Below the pieces are notes generated by a model. The model searched no databases and was not told the DNA's origin. It saw only the letters and a program-made list of their open reading frames with translations. From positions 66,459 to 130,458 of the forward strand of contig CAZWPK010000003.1 in assembly GCA_964635905.1 (NCBI GenBank): a stretch of 64,000 nucleotides of DNA, read 5' to 3'. Origin of the DNA: an uncultured Pseudomonadales bacterium (GTDB lineage: Bacteria; Patescibacteriota; Microgenomatia; UBA1400; UBA12028). Shown piece after piece: positions 36,066 to 45,525 of this stretch. The position numbers and the translations under genes are program-made. Numbering within the stretch: the stretch's first letter is position 1; the number at the start of each line of letters is the position of its first letter.

Positions 36066-37766
36066 CAATACTGAACAAACAGGCTCTAGATCAAGCATTT
36101 GCACGGATAGATCAGCATATTTCCCAGGTTGTAATCTATTTGCTGTGTCCAACATTTCTCTCTTGCCTTTTTCAACTAAAAAGTACGATTTATCCCCATC
36201 TATCAGTAATTTTCGTTCAAATACTCGTAGGTTAGAACCAAGTTTCTTTAATACATAAGTCTTTTCTTGAACCGTGCCATGCTCAAATTGGTATCTTGCG
36301 GTACTGACAAAATCAAATGTTTCCTTAGTTTGAGCGATCCACTGTTGCTGTTGAACGTCAGCTTCTTCAAGTTTCTTTTTTAGGTCTGCTTTCTTATTTG
36401 AGATAGATAATTCCTCTTCCTCGTATAGTTTTTTTCTATCACCATCGTATTCAAGATACTCAGGAGAAATGCGTATTCGAATAAGCGACTTTAACTGATC
36501 ATCCATCCGCTTATACTCTCGAAGTAGTCTCTCTTTTACTTCCGTGTCTTTTTTTTCTTCTGTCAGGTTTAACTCATGAATATACTCAAACGCCCAATTT
36601 TTAAACTCCTCTGGAATTTCAAACCTTTGTAATTCTTGATCTATTTTCCTTTCCAGATCTTTCACAGACAGACTTCCTTGAGTACAGTTTTCATGGATCT
36701 TTTTCGTACAACGGTAATGGACATACTGAAGCGTCTTAGGATGTTCCATCTCTTCCAATTTTGTATTACAAGCAGGGCATTTGCTGGTTAATTTTCCTTT
36801 ATGGAATTTGGTCTTACAGACTGGGCAGATTATTTGCCATTTTTCTTCACAAGTGATTGACCCCTGACATTCTCCGCAGATCAGCACTTGTTTATATGGA
36901 AAGTCCTTTTTTGTGTAATGAGAAGTTCTTTTTCCCGATAAACGAATTTGTATTTGCTCAAATTCTCCTTCTTTGATCATTGGTTCATGTTTTCCAGTCT
37001 CTTCTTTAATTTCCTTTTCAACCCTCCTCCTCATGAGTCTATAGTAAAAAGGATCTCTAAGTATTCCGTAGAAAGTTGTTCGACTCATGGGGCGACTTGG
37101 GTGCTTCAAGGTCTGACGTGTCTTGTATCCCCACTCGTTGTTTAGTAAATCAAAGATCTTCATAGGAGCCCCACCTCCCGCAATCATTTTTAGGGCATTT
37201 TGGATTATTGGGAAACGCTCTCGATCTGTGATAATTGTATTTTCCTTTGTTAAAGGGTTCGTATAATTCAAATACCCAGGCTTCGCAGGACCACCCCACT
37301 CTTTCCTTTCAATGAATTTCTCTCGATTGCCTCGACGAACATTCTTACTAAGATCATCAGATGATTTTTTAGTGAGAGTAAAGTCAATTCCTAGAGACAT
37401 CTTGTCATCACTGTTATTGGTAAAAATTCTCTGTGGGGTTCTAAATTCAATTAGTTTTTCCTCATCAAAAAGATAGATAAAACTCCCTGAATCCTTACTG
37501 TTTCGTGCAATTCGAGATGAATCCCAAGCTAAAACTGCATTTCCTTCTCCCATTTCAATGCGTTGAACCATTTCGTTAAAATACGTTCTCCCAATTTTAA
37601 AAGCACTTTTTGACTCTTTATACAATTCGACTATTCTCAATCCAAACCTATTCGCATACTCGGAGAGTATTTTCTCTTGATCAGGGAGTGATGCTATTTG
37701 CTTGTCCTCACTATCACTGCTCTTACGACAATAGATAAAGAATTTAATTTTTTGGAGATCAATTTC
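36036..37766 (-). CDS. Large serine recombinase/integrase, 5' end disrupted by IS30
   Basis: YCRKSS...Q..SL.DQ catalytic motif, SRIARN, recombinase domain, zinc ribbon, coiled coil; C-terminal RRGWDSNPR is antisense tRNA. The start given in the ORF track lies inside the IS. Confidence 0.88.
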   Translation of the reverse strand, partial: EIDLQKIKFFIYCRKSSDSEDKQIASLPDQEKILSEYANRFGLRIVELYKESKSAFKIGRTYFNEMVQRIEMGEGNAVLAWDSSRIARNSKDSGSFIYLFDEEKLIEFRTPQRIFTNNSDDKMSLGIDFTLTKKSSDDLSKNVRRGNREKFIERKEWGGPAKPGYLNYTNPLTKENTIITDRERFPIIQNALKMIAGGGAPMKIFDLLNNEWGYKTRQTLKHPSRPMSRTTFYGILRDPFYYRLMRRRVEKEIKEETGKHEPMIKEGEFEQIQIRLSGKRTSHYTKKDFPYKQVLICGECQGSITCEEKWQIICPVCKTKFHKGKLTSKCPACNTKLEEMEHPKTLQYVHYRCTKKIHENCTQGSLSVKDLERKIDQELQRFEIPEEFKNWAFEYIHELNLTEEKKDTEVKERLLREYKRMDDQLKSLIRIRISPEYLEYDGDRKKLYEEEELSISNKKADLKKKLEEADVQQQQWIAQTKETFDFVSTARYQFEHGTVQEKTYVLKKLGSNLRVFERKLLIDGDKSYFLVEKGKREMLDTANRLQPGKYADLSVQMLDLEPVCSVLRRGWDSNPR

Positions 37767-38797
37767 ATGAGTTCGCAATGGAAAACCGCCACTTGTTAAA
37801 ATAGCGAATGAAAACAAGGAAGCATTTAAGTGATCAGGAACGGGATCAGATTGCAGTCTGGAGAGCCCAAAAAACTAGTATTCGGGAGATTGCTCGGAGA
37901 CTGGGACGACATCACTCCTCCATTGAAGCAGAGCTCCAGAGGAACCGATGGGGTGAAGCATATATTGCCATCCATGCAAAGAAAGAGACGAGGAAGAGAA
38001 TGCAGACTGCTAGGAAGAAACATCCTCTAAAGGATCCTGCAACATATGCGTATGTATTGGAGAGACTCCGGTGGGGATGGAGTCCAGAAGAGATCTCTGG
38101 AAGATTGGAATTGGAGAGAGGAGAAAAGTTCTTGCATCATGAAAGTATCTACCGATTCATCTATGCCCAGAAAAACAAAGGTTTGAAGTTGTGGGAGTAC
38201 CTTCCCAGAAAACAGAAGAAAAGAAGGAAACAAACAGGGAGAAGTAGTCACAAGAGTAGGATTCCAAACAGAGTCTCCATTCACCAGAGGCCAGAGGAGA
38301 TTGAGTCAAGAGAGGTGTTTGGACATTGGGAGGGAGATTCAGTGGTGGGACTAGGAAAGAAGGAATCCATACAGAGGTAGAGAGAAAGACCAGGTTTCTT
38401 CTCGCTAAGAAGGTTGCAAAGATCGGAGCTGTGGAAACAGCTGATGCTCAGGTCCAACTGTTTGCACCACTTCCAAACAAAGCAAGGAAGACCACCACGG
38501 TGGACAATGGAAAAGAATTCACTAAACATGAACAGGTCACGATACATATGGGACTGAAGATCTATTTTGCAGATCCATATTCATCTTGGCAAAGAGGAAC
38601 CAATGAAAACACAAATGGAAGACTGAGAAGATATCTTCCCAAGAAAACCAGTTTCAAAGAATTGGAACAAACAGAGCTGGATGAGATTGTAGCAGAGATC
38701 AACAATCATCCCAGAAAGTGTTTACAATACAGAAAGCCAGTAGAAGCATTTAATCAGGAGTTAACAACTACTGGCGGTTTTCCATTGCGAATGTAGG
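37766..38797 (+). mobile_element. IS30-family insertion sequence
   Basis: Perfect 20-bp inverted repeat TTCGCAATGGAAAACCGCCA (37772-37791 / 38772-38791); exact tips uncertain and no clear target duplication. Confidence 0.9.
37808..38796 (+). pseudogene. IS30 transposase split by a frameshift near 38350-38365
   Basis: HTH IREIARRLGR, WSPEEISGRL, GHWEGD in ORF1; VERKTR, DNGKEF, PYSSWQRGTNENTNG in ORF2 (-1 frame). Confidence 0.85.
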
Positions 38798-38876
38798 AAA
38801 CTTAGTTGAGAGAATCAATATGGTATTATAGGTGATATAGAGACTACTATCTCTTTCAGTAAACAGGAGGTTTTGT

Positions 38877-39713
38877 ATGTCAGAAATTCCAAATCCACCA
38901 CCTAACCCTGGACAGAAAACACAGGCAGAAATTGATGCAGAGTACGCAGGTATTAAACCTATTATCGATGCTTCTACGGTTCCTGATTCAGTACCTTTAG
39001 CTCATCAAGAAACTGGAGCTGGGGATATATTCAAACCTGTCATTGAAATCAAGAGAGGTGAAAATCGTGAATTTGGTGAGAAGTTCCCTCCAATGCCAGA
39101 CGTTCTCTTATCAAAGGTTGATGAGATTCGTGGTGTGGAGGACTTATATCCAGTCTTAGACCTTATTCGTACGTCTAATCAAGAAGGTACATTAGTGGGT
39201 GAATATTACGATTCGCTTAAAGTTCGCATAGCCGAAAAGATGACGAGAGTATTAGTTCGAGCTGCTAAAGCCTCAACACTTGACCCAGAGATAATAGGAT
39301 TGGAAATGCGGAAGTATGCATCCTATTCTTACCTCTCTCCAGAGCAAGTTCAAACAGTAGAAGCCGCTATCCGCTCACGCTCAGAGTTTAATTTGGCAAC
39401 TGCCTCCCTTGTTGATATCCATCGAAAATATGGAACACGAGGGAACTTACAAAACGATATAGATAATATTGATGACCCTACATACTTAATGTTCATTGCA
39501 GAGTCCATAGATGACCAAATAAGAGGAGGTGGAGCTATTGGGAAGGATGGACGAAGAGAAGAAGCAAGCGCTCTTGATTCCGCAACGAAAGCGTATGGAG
39601 AAGGCATAATTTATGCAATCTCAGAGAGAATGTTGGAATTAAAAAATCCAATGCAGGCGGCAATGCGGAGAATATCTCAGAAGATGGAAAAGTACCTCCG
39701 AGATTCTAAGTAA
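38877..39713 (+). CDS. Hypothetical protein (island cargo)
   Basis: 278-aa ORF with AGGAGG RBS and TGGTATTAT upstream. Confidence 0.75.
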   Translation: MSEIPNPPPNPGQKTQAEIDAEYAGIKPIIDASTVPDSVPLAHQETGAGDIFKPVIEIKRGENREFGEKFPPMPDVLLSKVDEIRGVEDLYPVLDLIRTSNQEGTLVGEYYDSLKVRIAEKMTRVLVRAAKASTLDPEIIGLEMRKYASYSYLSPEQVQTVEAAIRSRSEFNLATASLVDIHRKYGTRGNLQNDIDNIDDPTYLMFIAESIDDQIRGGGAIGKDGRREEASALDSATKAYGEGIIYAISERMLELKNPMQAAMRRISQKMEKYLRDSK

Positions 39714-39876
39714 TAAATAAGTAGCCTACTTGCTTACTAAATTCTTACTTGTTTAAATTGCAACAACCATTTCAGATGTATTTATGGTGTTCAAAGTTCT
39801 AAAATAGGTTAGAACTTCGTTCACGGTTCTCCGCCACAACTGACAGAAATAAAAACAAAGTTACATAAATAGACAA

Positions 39877-40863
39877 CTATTTTGCTAATTCTCTTTTAAT
39901 TTCAGCAATGGTCAATCGATCTTTGTCTTGTAATTTTCTGATCTTTTTAATGATGGACACCTGGTCTTGACCATATAACTGATATCCGCCTTGGGAATAC
40001 TCAGCCACTTGTAATAATCCCTCTTTTGTCCAGTGACGAATGGTTGGCACGGTTGCACCAACGAGCTCAGCCAGCTCGCCAATTTTGAGGACATTTTTCT
40101 TTTCTAACACTCTCTCTTGAGCTTTACCCTCTAAAGCTTGAAGGTAAATATCTAATGAGCGATTTATTGCTTCATACATTAGAGCGTAGTAATCCGCGAG
40201 TGAGCCTCCAAGTTGAGCCTTTTCAATACTGGTAATGTATTGCTTCCGTTCCTCTTTACGGATAATGGCTGGAGGATAACCAACTTGCATGAGTAGTAAG
40301 TTCATCAGTAAACGAGCAACTCTGCCATTCCCGTCCACAAAAGGGTGAATACTTACTAACTTGAAATGAGCATCCACGGCTACCGTCAAAGGATTGTCCA
40401 TATTCTTCTGTAACCATGAAACATACTCGCCCATGAGCTCTGGGACCTTCATGGCATTGGGCATAATAACGGTTGAACCTGCGATGCGAACCGGAACAGT
40501 GCGATATCGTCCGGCTTGGTTATCAGCGATTTTTTGGAGAATCAGCTGATGCAAATCCAAGATTGTATTCTCTGTAATATCCTGTTTTGTCGTATCAATT
40601 CGGTGAATCACCCAATCAAAGGCTTGGGCATGGTTCACTGCCTCTAAGTACTCTTGAAGGGTCTTCCCATCGACTGTGACGCCTTTTTCCACCACTAAAG
40701 CAGTTTCAGCTCTAGAGAGGGTATTCCCCTCAATAGCGTTGGACGTATACGTCAACTCAATCTTAAACCATTCACGAAGGTTCGTTACAAGATCAACCGA
40801 AAAAGGCCTGAAACCATCCAATCGTTGTTTTTTCTCCTCTAGTGTAGCCAGAATGTTTGCCAT
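39877..40863 (-). CDS. Fic-domain protein with a C-terminal MerR-type HTH
   Basis: TSNAIEGNTL inhibitory motif, HPFVDGNGRVAR, KIGELAELVGA..PTIRHWTKEGLL. Confidence 0.93.
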   Translation of the reverse strand: MANILATLEEKKQRLDGFRPFSVDLVTNLREWFKIELTYTSNAIEGNTLSRAETALVVEKGVTVDGKTLQEYLEAVNHAQAFDWVIHRIDTTKQDITENTILDLHQLILQKIADNQAGRYRTVPVRIAGSTVIMPNAMKVPELMGEYVSWLQKNMDNPLTVAVDAHFKLVSIHPFVDGNGRVARLLMNLLLMQVGYPPAIIRKEERKQYITSIEKAQLGGSLADYYALMYEAINRSLDIYLQALEGKAQERVLEKKNVLKIGELAELVGATVPTIRHWTKEGLLQVAEYSQGGYQLYGQDQVSIIKKIRKLQDKDRLTIAEIKRELAK

Positions 40864-40871
40864 GTAATGTT

Positions 40872-40901
40872 AAGTGTAACGTTACACTTCATGGTTGTCA
40901 A
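40872..40901 (-). promoter_or_regulatory. Sigma70 promoter with an overlapping perfect 18-bp palindrome
   Basis: TTGACA (40901-40896)-N17-TACACT (40878-40873); AAGTGTAACGTTACACTT at 40872-40889. Confidence 0.75.
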
Positions 40902-41279
40902 GCCAGATATCAAGTACCTACACATCACCAATTTTAGTGGTTTTATGTCTGTGTTGTCGCAAATACGAAGACGGAAAATTCAGTTCCATGCCGTCAGTAA
41001 GGTTTTCAAAAGTTTTTTATGATTTGGCAGAGATCTCCAGGCTTTGAAGGCTGGAGGTGAATGCCTGCCCGGAGTGAAGCGGCGGTACAATGTCATGATT
41101 GATGATTCAACTCATATTGGGAGACAGATCCACTGCAGAGTTTATCGAGATTCTGTGGGAGAATGGAGCGCATGTACAAATTACAGCATAAATTGATTTT
41201 TTGCAGTAACGCTTCTCGGTAAAGTAAATAAGGTATTCACATTCCAGCACACAACTCTGGTTGTTCTACCATAGTAGCT

Positions 41280-41627
41280 ATGCACATTTCTGTTCAAATA
41301 ATCAAAAAACAAACCAACTCCACTCTCAATCGTTCTCAGAAGATGTGGTTGATCTTGATCATTGGGGTCTCTGTAGTGCATCTTATTCGGGATATCCTGC
41401 AGGAATTTGGGATACGATACTGGATTTCAACAATTCTGGTGAAGCCAGGACCACATACGAAGGCATTACTTTGGCATCCCTACAATACACTGATCATCGA
41501 GCTTTTTCTCATTCTTTGTTCACTTGTTATCCTCAAGCGCGAACGGTTTGGACGACTAGGATGGGCAACCGTCTTCGCTGTTATCGTTACCGGATTGGCC
41601 TGGGTCTACTACTGGTATTTCGTGTGA
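41280..41627 (+). CDS. Small membrane protein
   Basis: Three hydrophobic segments, HLIRDILQ motif; start uncertain. Confidence 0.6.
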   Translation: MHISVQIIKKQTNSTLNRSQKMWLILIIGVSVVHLIRDILQEFGIRYWISTILVKPGPHTKALLWHPYNTLIIELFLILCSLVILKRERFGRLGWATVFAVIVTGLAWVYYWYFV

Positions 41628-41691
41628 AAGCTTTGCGTTTGATCGAGCAGGGGAAAAGTGTTAGACTACAAGTACGGTAATTAAAATTGAC

Positions 41692-41715
41692 AAGGTGGGT
41701 TTCCCACCTTTTTTT
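41692..41715 (+). promoter_or_regulatory. rimP-leader-like attenuator hairpin upstream of nusA
   Basis: AAGGTGGG-TTT-CCCACCTT-TTTTT downstream of TTGATC-N17-TAGACT promoter (41639-41667). Confidence 0.65.
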
Positions 41716-41767
41716 AAAGCGAAGTTCTTGAGTGCTTCAAGGATTTGCATGTAGTTTAGGAGTTACT

Positions 41768-42862
41768 ATGGCAGCTGTTTCGTCATCTGCTAGTGCACGT
41801 ACAGAATTTGCAACGGCACTAGCTCAAATTGCTTCGGAGCGTGGAATAGAAGTATCCACCATTATTGCTGCAATTGGAGAAGCCATTAAAGCGGCCTACC
41901 GTAAGGACTATTTATTAGTACATCCTGAGGAAGAGTTTGAGGATGCTGATTTTGACGTGGTTGTGAATGAAGACACTGGAGAAGCTCGAGTCTATGATGT
42001 CACGGTAGAACCAAAGAAAGATGTTACCCCTCCAGGGTTTGGTCGGATTGCTGCTCAAACCGCCAAACAGGTCATATTGCAAAAAGTTCGCGAAGCGGAA
42101 AAGGATGCAATCATTGCGGATTATTCTACGAAGATCGGCAACCTAATTCAAGGAACAGTGATTCGTTACGATGACGAGCACGTGATTGTGGATATTGGGC
42201 GCGGTCAGGCCTGGATGCCCGTAGAAGAACAGATGCGTGGAGAACCTTATCGCATCAATAGTCGATTTACCTTCTTTATTAAAGAAATTCGAGAAACACA
42301 TCGAGGCAAGACAATTATTGTGTCCCGTGCCGACAAGCAGCTGATCGCGAAATTATTCGAACGAGAAGTTCCTGAAGTGTCTTCCGGAGCCGTCGAAATA
42401 GTCTCTATCGCTCGAGAAGCTGGTGTTCGTACCAAGATCGCGGTAGCCTCCGCTCAAGAAGGAGTCGATCCAGTGGGTGCTTGTGTCGGTCAAAAGGGAG
42501 TTCGAGTTCAAGAAGTGATCAAAGAGGTGAATAACGAGAAAATTGACATTATTCAACACTCGTCCGATCAACGCATGTTCATTCAAACAGCTTTGGCCCC
42601 AGCAGAACACCTCAAGGTAACCTTAGACGACCCCTCAAAGACAGCCAAAGTTATCTGTCCCGATGATCAGCTCTCGTTAGCAATTGGACGCAATGGTCAA
42701 AACGCTAGACTCGCTGCTCGTTTGACAGGGTGGAGAATTACGATTGTGGGAGAAACCATCACCCCTGAAATTGAAACTACGGAGTTTGCTCCAGAAGAAC
42801 CAACCGTAGAGCCAGTAGTATCAGCAGAGGCTGAACCAGTCTTAGAAACGAAAACAGCATAA
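41768..42862 (+). CDS. nusA: Transcription factor NusA
   Basis: FGRIAAQTAKQVI, S1 and KH domains (LFEREVPE, AREAG.RTKIAV, GACVG, AIGRNGQNARLA); AGGAG RBS. Confidence 0.97.
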   Translation: MAAVSSSASARTEFATALAQIASERGIEVSTIIAAIGEAIKAAYRKDYLLVHPEEEFEDADFDVVVNEDTGEARVYDVTVEPKKDVTPPGFGRIAAQTAKQVILQKVREAEKDAIIADYSTKIGNLIQGTVIRYDDEHVIVDIGRGQAWMPVEEQMRGEPYRINSRFTFFIKEIRETHRGKTIIVSRADKQLIAKLFEREVPEVSSGAVEIVSIAREAGVRTKIAVASAQEGVDPVGACVGQKGVRVQEVIKEVNNEKIDIIQHSSDQRMFIQTALAPAEHLKVTLDDPSKTAKVICPDDQLSLAIGRNGQNARLAARLTGWRITIVGETITPEIETTEFAPEEPTVEPVVSAEAEPVLETKTA

Positions 42863-42874
42863 AGGAAGAATTCA

Positions 42875-44290
42875 ATGTCACTTTTACCTCGACCACCAGT
42901 AATTGCAATCATGGGACATGTTGACCACGGGAAAACATCGCTCTTGGATGCAATTCGCAAGACCAATGTGGCCGGTGGGGAAGCTGGCGGAATTACGCAG
43001 CATATTGGCGCGTATCAGATCGAGTACAACAAGCGGTTACTCACCTTCTTAGACACCCCGGGACATGCGGCGTTTTCTAAAATGCGCTCCCGTGGTGCCA
43101 ATGTTACGGATATCGTCATTTTGGTAGTCGCTGCCGATGATGGTGTGAAGCCGCAAACCTTGGAATCGATTCAACATATCAAACAATCCGGAGTAGAGTA
43201 CATCGTGGCAATCAATAAAATTGATATGCCTGGAGCTGATCCAACCCGGGTCAAAACGCAGCTGGCTGAACACGAAGTCTTTGTCGAAGGATTTGGTGGA
43301 AGTGTCTCGGTTGTTGAAGTCAGTGCGAAGACCAAGCAGGGTATGGATGCCTTACTTGATTTAATCCTCCTTACCGCGGATGTCGCTGATCTTCAAGCAG
43401 ATCCACAAGCTTCTTTTAAAGGTGTTGTGATCGAATCCGGAAAAGATCCTCGAAAAGGGGTCTATGCCACGGTCTTAATCCAAGAAGGTTCCTTAAAACT
43501 CAAAGACACATTCTATGTCGGGGACATTGCAGAAAAAGTGCGCATTATGCAGGATGCATTTGGCAAACCTGTAGCGTTGGCAACCCCATCGATGCCAGTC
43601 CAAGTGCTGGGATGGACCGACGTTCCCGCAGTGGGTTCCACCGTAACTGGTGCAGCTATCTCTCAGGATGCAGTTGAGCGTGCAGCTGTTGTTCCACCCG
43701 ATGCAGAAAAACTCAGTGTCATCATAAAAGCAGATGTCGTTGGATCACAAGAAGCGCTAGTTGGCAGTATGCCAGCAGATGTGAATGTGATTGTTTCCAG
43801 TGTCGGTGACGTGAGTGATTCGGATGTCTTATTGGCGCAAACAACCGGAGCACGCATTTTGGGATTTGGAATTAAGGTAACAAAATCAGTACAAGATCTG
43901 GCAGATGTGCATGGAGTTAAAATTAAAAACTATCGCATTATCTACGAGTTATTAGAGGATCTTGAACGACAAGTGTTCCTCTTTAAGAATCCGAAAGCCA
44001 ACGAACAGGTGATTGGTAAAGCAGAAATCATCGCCCAGTTTGAGATTAAAGGGGATAAGATTGCCGGATGTAAAATCATCGAAGGCGAGTTTAAACGTGG
44101 ACAAAATATCTACTATCACTTAAAACGTGCCGAAGCTGAGATCGGAGATCCTCGAATTCGTTCCTTAAAACAGGGGAAGATGGATGTGGAATCTGTCAAA
44201 GCTCCCAACGAATGTGGATTAGTCTTTAGAGGTACTGTTCGCTTCCAAATTGGTGACACCATTGAGTGTTACAGCTTCAAAGAAATTTAA
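42875..44290 (+). CDS. infB: Translation initiation factor IF-2 (short, no N-terminal domain)
   Basis: [39 protein letters not shown]. Confidence 0.97.
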   Translation: MSLLPRPPVIAIMGHVDHGKTSLLDAIRKTNVAGGEAGGITQHIGAYQIEYNKRLLTFLDTPGHAAFSKMRSRGANVTDIVILVVAADDGVKPQTLESIQHIKQSGVEYIVAINKIDMPGADPTRVKTQLAEHEVFVEGFGGSVSVVEVSAKTKQGMDALLDLILLTADVADLQADPQASFKGVVIESGKDPRKGVYATVLIQEGSLKLKDTFYVGDIAEKVRIMQDAFGKPVALATPSMPVQVLGWTDVPAVGSTVTGAAISQDAVERAAVVPPDAEKLSVIIKADVVGSQEALVGSMPADVNVIVSSVGDVSDSDVLLAQTTGARILGFGIKVTKSVQDLADVHGVKIKNYRIIYELLEDLERQVFLFKNPKANEQVIGKAEIIAQFEIKGDKIAGCKIIEGEFKRGQNIYYHLKRAEAEIGDPRIRSLKQGKMDVESVKAPNECGLVFRGTVRFQIGDTIECYSFKEI

Positions 44291-44355
44291 TCGTTTCAAA
44301 CCACGCCACGGATTGGAATTTCACAAGCAACGGAAAAACGGTGGAGATTTGTGTA

Positions 44356-45291
44356 TTAAGTTCGTTTCCGTTCGGCAATCCAGACTCCAGACAAGATAAG
44401 GAGCATCGCAGCAATTTCAAAACCACCGATCCTTTCTCCTAGAAGCACGACTGCCAGAGGAATAGAGATGACTGGCTGGAGATAGGTAAATAAGCCTGCT
44501 TCCGAAGCTTCAATCCCTGCTTGTCCTTTAATATATGCTGTCAGCCCGATAATTGACCCAAATACCGCTGCAAACACCACTACGATGATGACGCGTAGTG
44601 AAGTGAAATCCTGGATCATTACAGAATACAGTGAGGACACGGAAAACGATGACTCGACCAGGCTTAAGATCAAAAATGTAACAAGGCCGACGATAAAACT
44701 AATACTACTTACGAATAATTTAGGGATATGTTTAAAGGTAGATTTTGCTTTCAAGAAATAAATCACTGTAGCCAACGTGTGCACTAAAATCAGAACATTA
44801 CCGCGCATCAGTCCACCCATCGAGGGGGATAACATCGCCAAAAGTGGAGAGACAACTAAGAGAAGTGTTCCAATGATTGCCAAAAAGAGTCCCCACAACT
44901 CCCGTTTTTCCTCTTTCTCTTTGAGGAAATAGACACCTCCAAGCGTAAGTAAAATGGGTGCAGTAGTCCCGATCAAATTCGCTTCAATAGACGTTGTATA
45001 TTGCAAACCAACATATAAGACAGACAGAGCCAGTGAGGTTCCAATCAGCTCTAGCGAAACAATTGTTTTGATTGCCTGAAAAGGCATTTTTACTCGGGGG
45101 AAATAATGCCAGAGAATAGGAACTGAAAGAATGGATGCGAGTAGAAATCGATAGAAGAGGTAGCGAAAGGGTGAGGTATCCTGTAGTCCCCATTTAGCAA
45201 AGGGAAGGAGTGCTCCCCAACACATCGTGTTGATCAGCAGATAGAAGTAGGAAGTCGCTCGTAGTTTGGCTTTTTTGGAGATCACTTTCAT
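44356..45291 (-). CDS. DMT/EamA family transporter
   Basis: 10 TM segments, two EamA repeats (FLKEK, LQPV...LLGE). Confidence 0.9.
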   Translation of the reverse strand: MKVISKKAKLRATSYFYLLINTMCWGALLPFAKWGLQDTSPFRYLFYRFLLASILSVPILWHYFPRVKMPFQAIKTIVSLELIGTSLALSVLYVGLQYTTSIEANLIGTTAPILLTLGGVYFLKEKEEKRELWGLFLAIIGTLLLVVSPLLAMLSPSMGGLMRGNVLILVHTLATVIYFLKAKSTFKHIPKLFVSSISFIVGLVTFLILSLVESSFSVSSLYSVMIQDFTSLRVIIVVVFAAVFGSIIGLTAYIKGQAGIEASEAGLFTYLQPVISIPLAVVLLGERIGGFEIAAMLLILSGVWIAERKRT

Positions 45292-45399
45292 CTACTATAC
45301 GGGATAGAGTGACCACAGGGGAAGTCTGAGACAACCAAGTCAGATAGAATCTCAAAAAGTTGCTTGTATTTGATACAATGACACCCTGTAGTAATCTCT

Positions 45400-45484
45400 G
45401 GAGGGGTCGCATAGTGGTTTAGTGCAGCGGTTTACTAAACCGCCGTAACGAAAGTTACCGAGGGTTCGAATCCCTCCCCCTCCG
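45400..45484 (+). tRNA. tRNA-Ser(ACT), atypical A34 anticodon
   Basis: GGAGGGG/CCCCTCC acceptor stem, GCGGT-TTACTAA-ACCGC anticodon arm, variable arm GTAAC-GAAA-GTTAC, GAGGG-TTCGAAT-CCCTC T arm, G73; TGATACAAT promoter at 45371-45379. Confidence 0.9.
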
Positions 45485-45525
45485 CAACAAAGTTGTATTT
45501 CTTACTTCCTTCTATTCTTGAGAAG

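Noticed and set aside
38340-38380. Programmed -1 frameshift in the IS30 transposase
   Set aside because: No X-XXY-YYZ heptamer, and IS30 transposases are normally a single ORF; more likely a mutation or assembly indel.
39829-39836. CTCCGCCA as a possible attR copy of the tRNA 3' end
   Set aside because: The match is too short to distinguish from chance.
40910-41270. Short ORFs of about 30 aa after the Fic gene
   Set aside because: No motif or convincing start; probably decayed island sequence.
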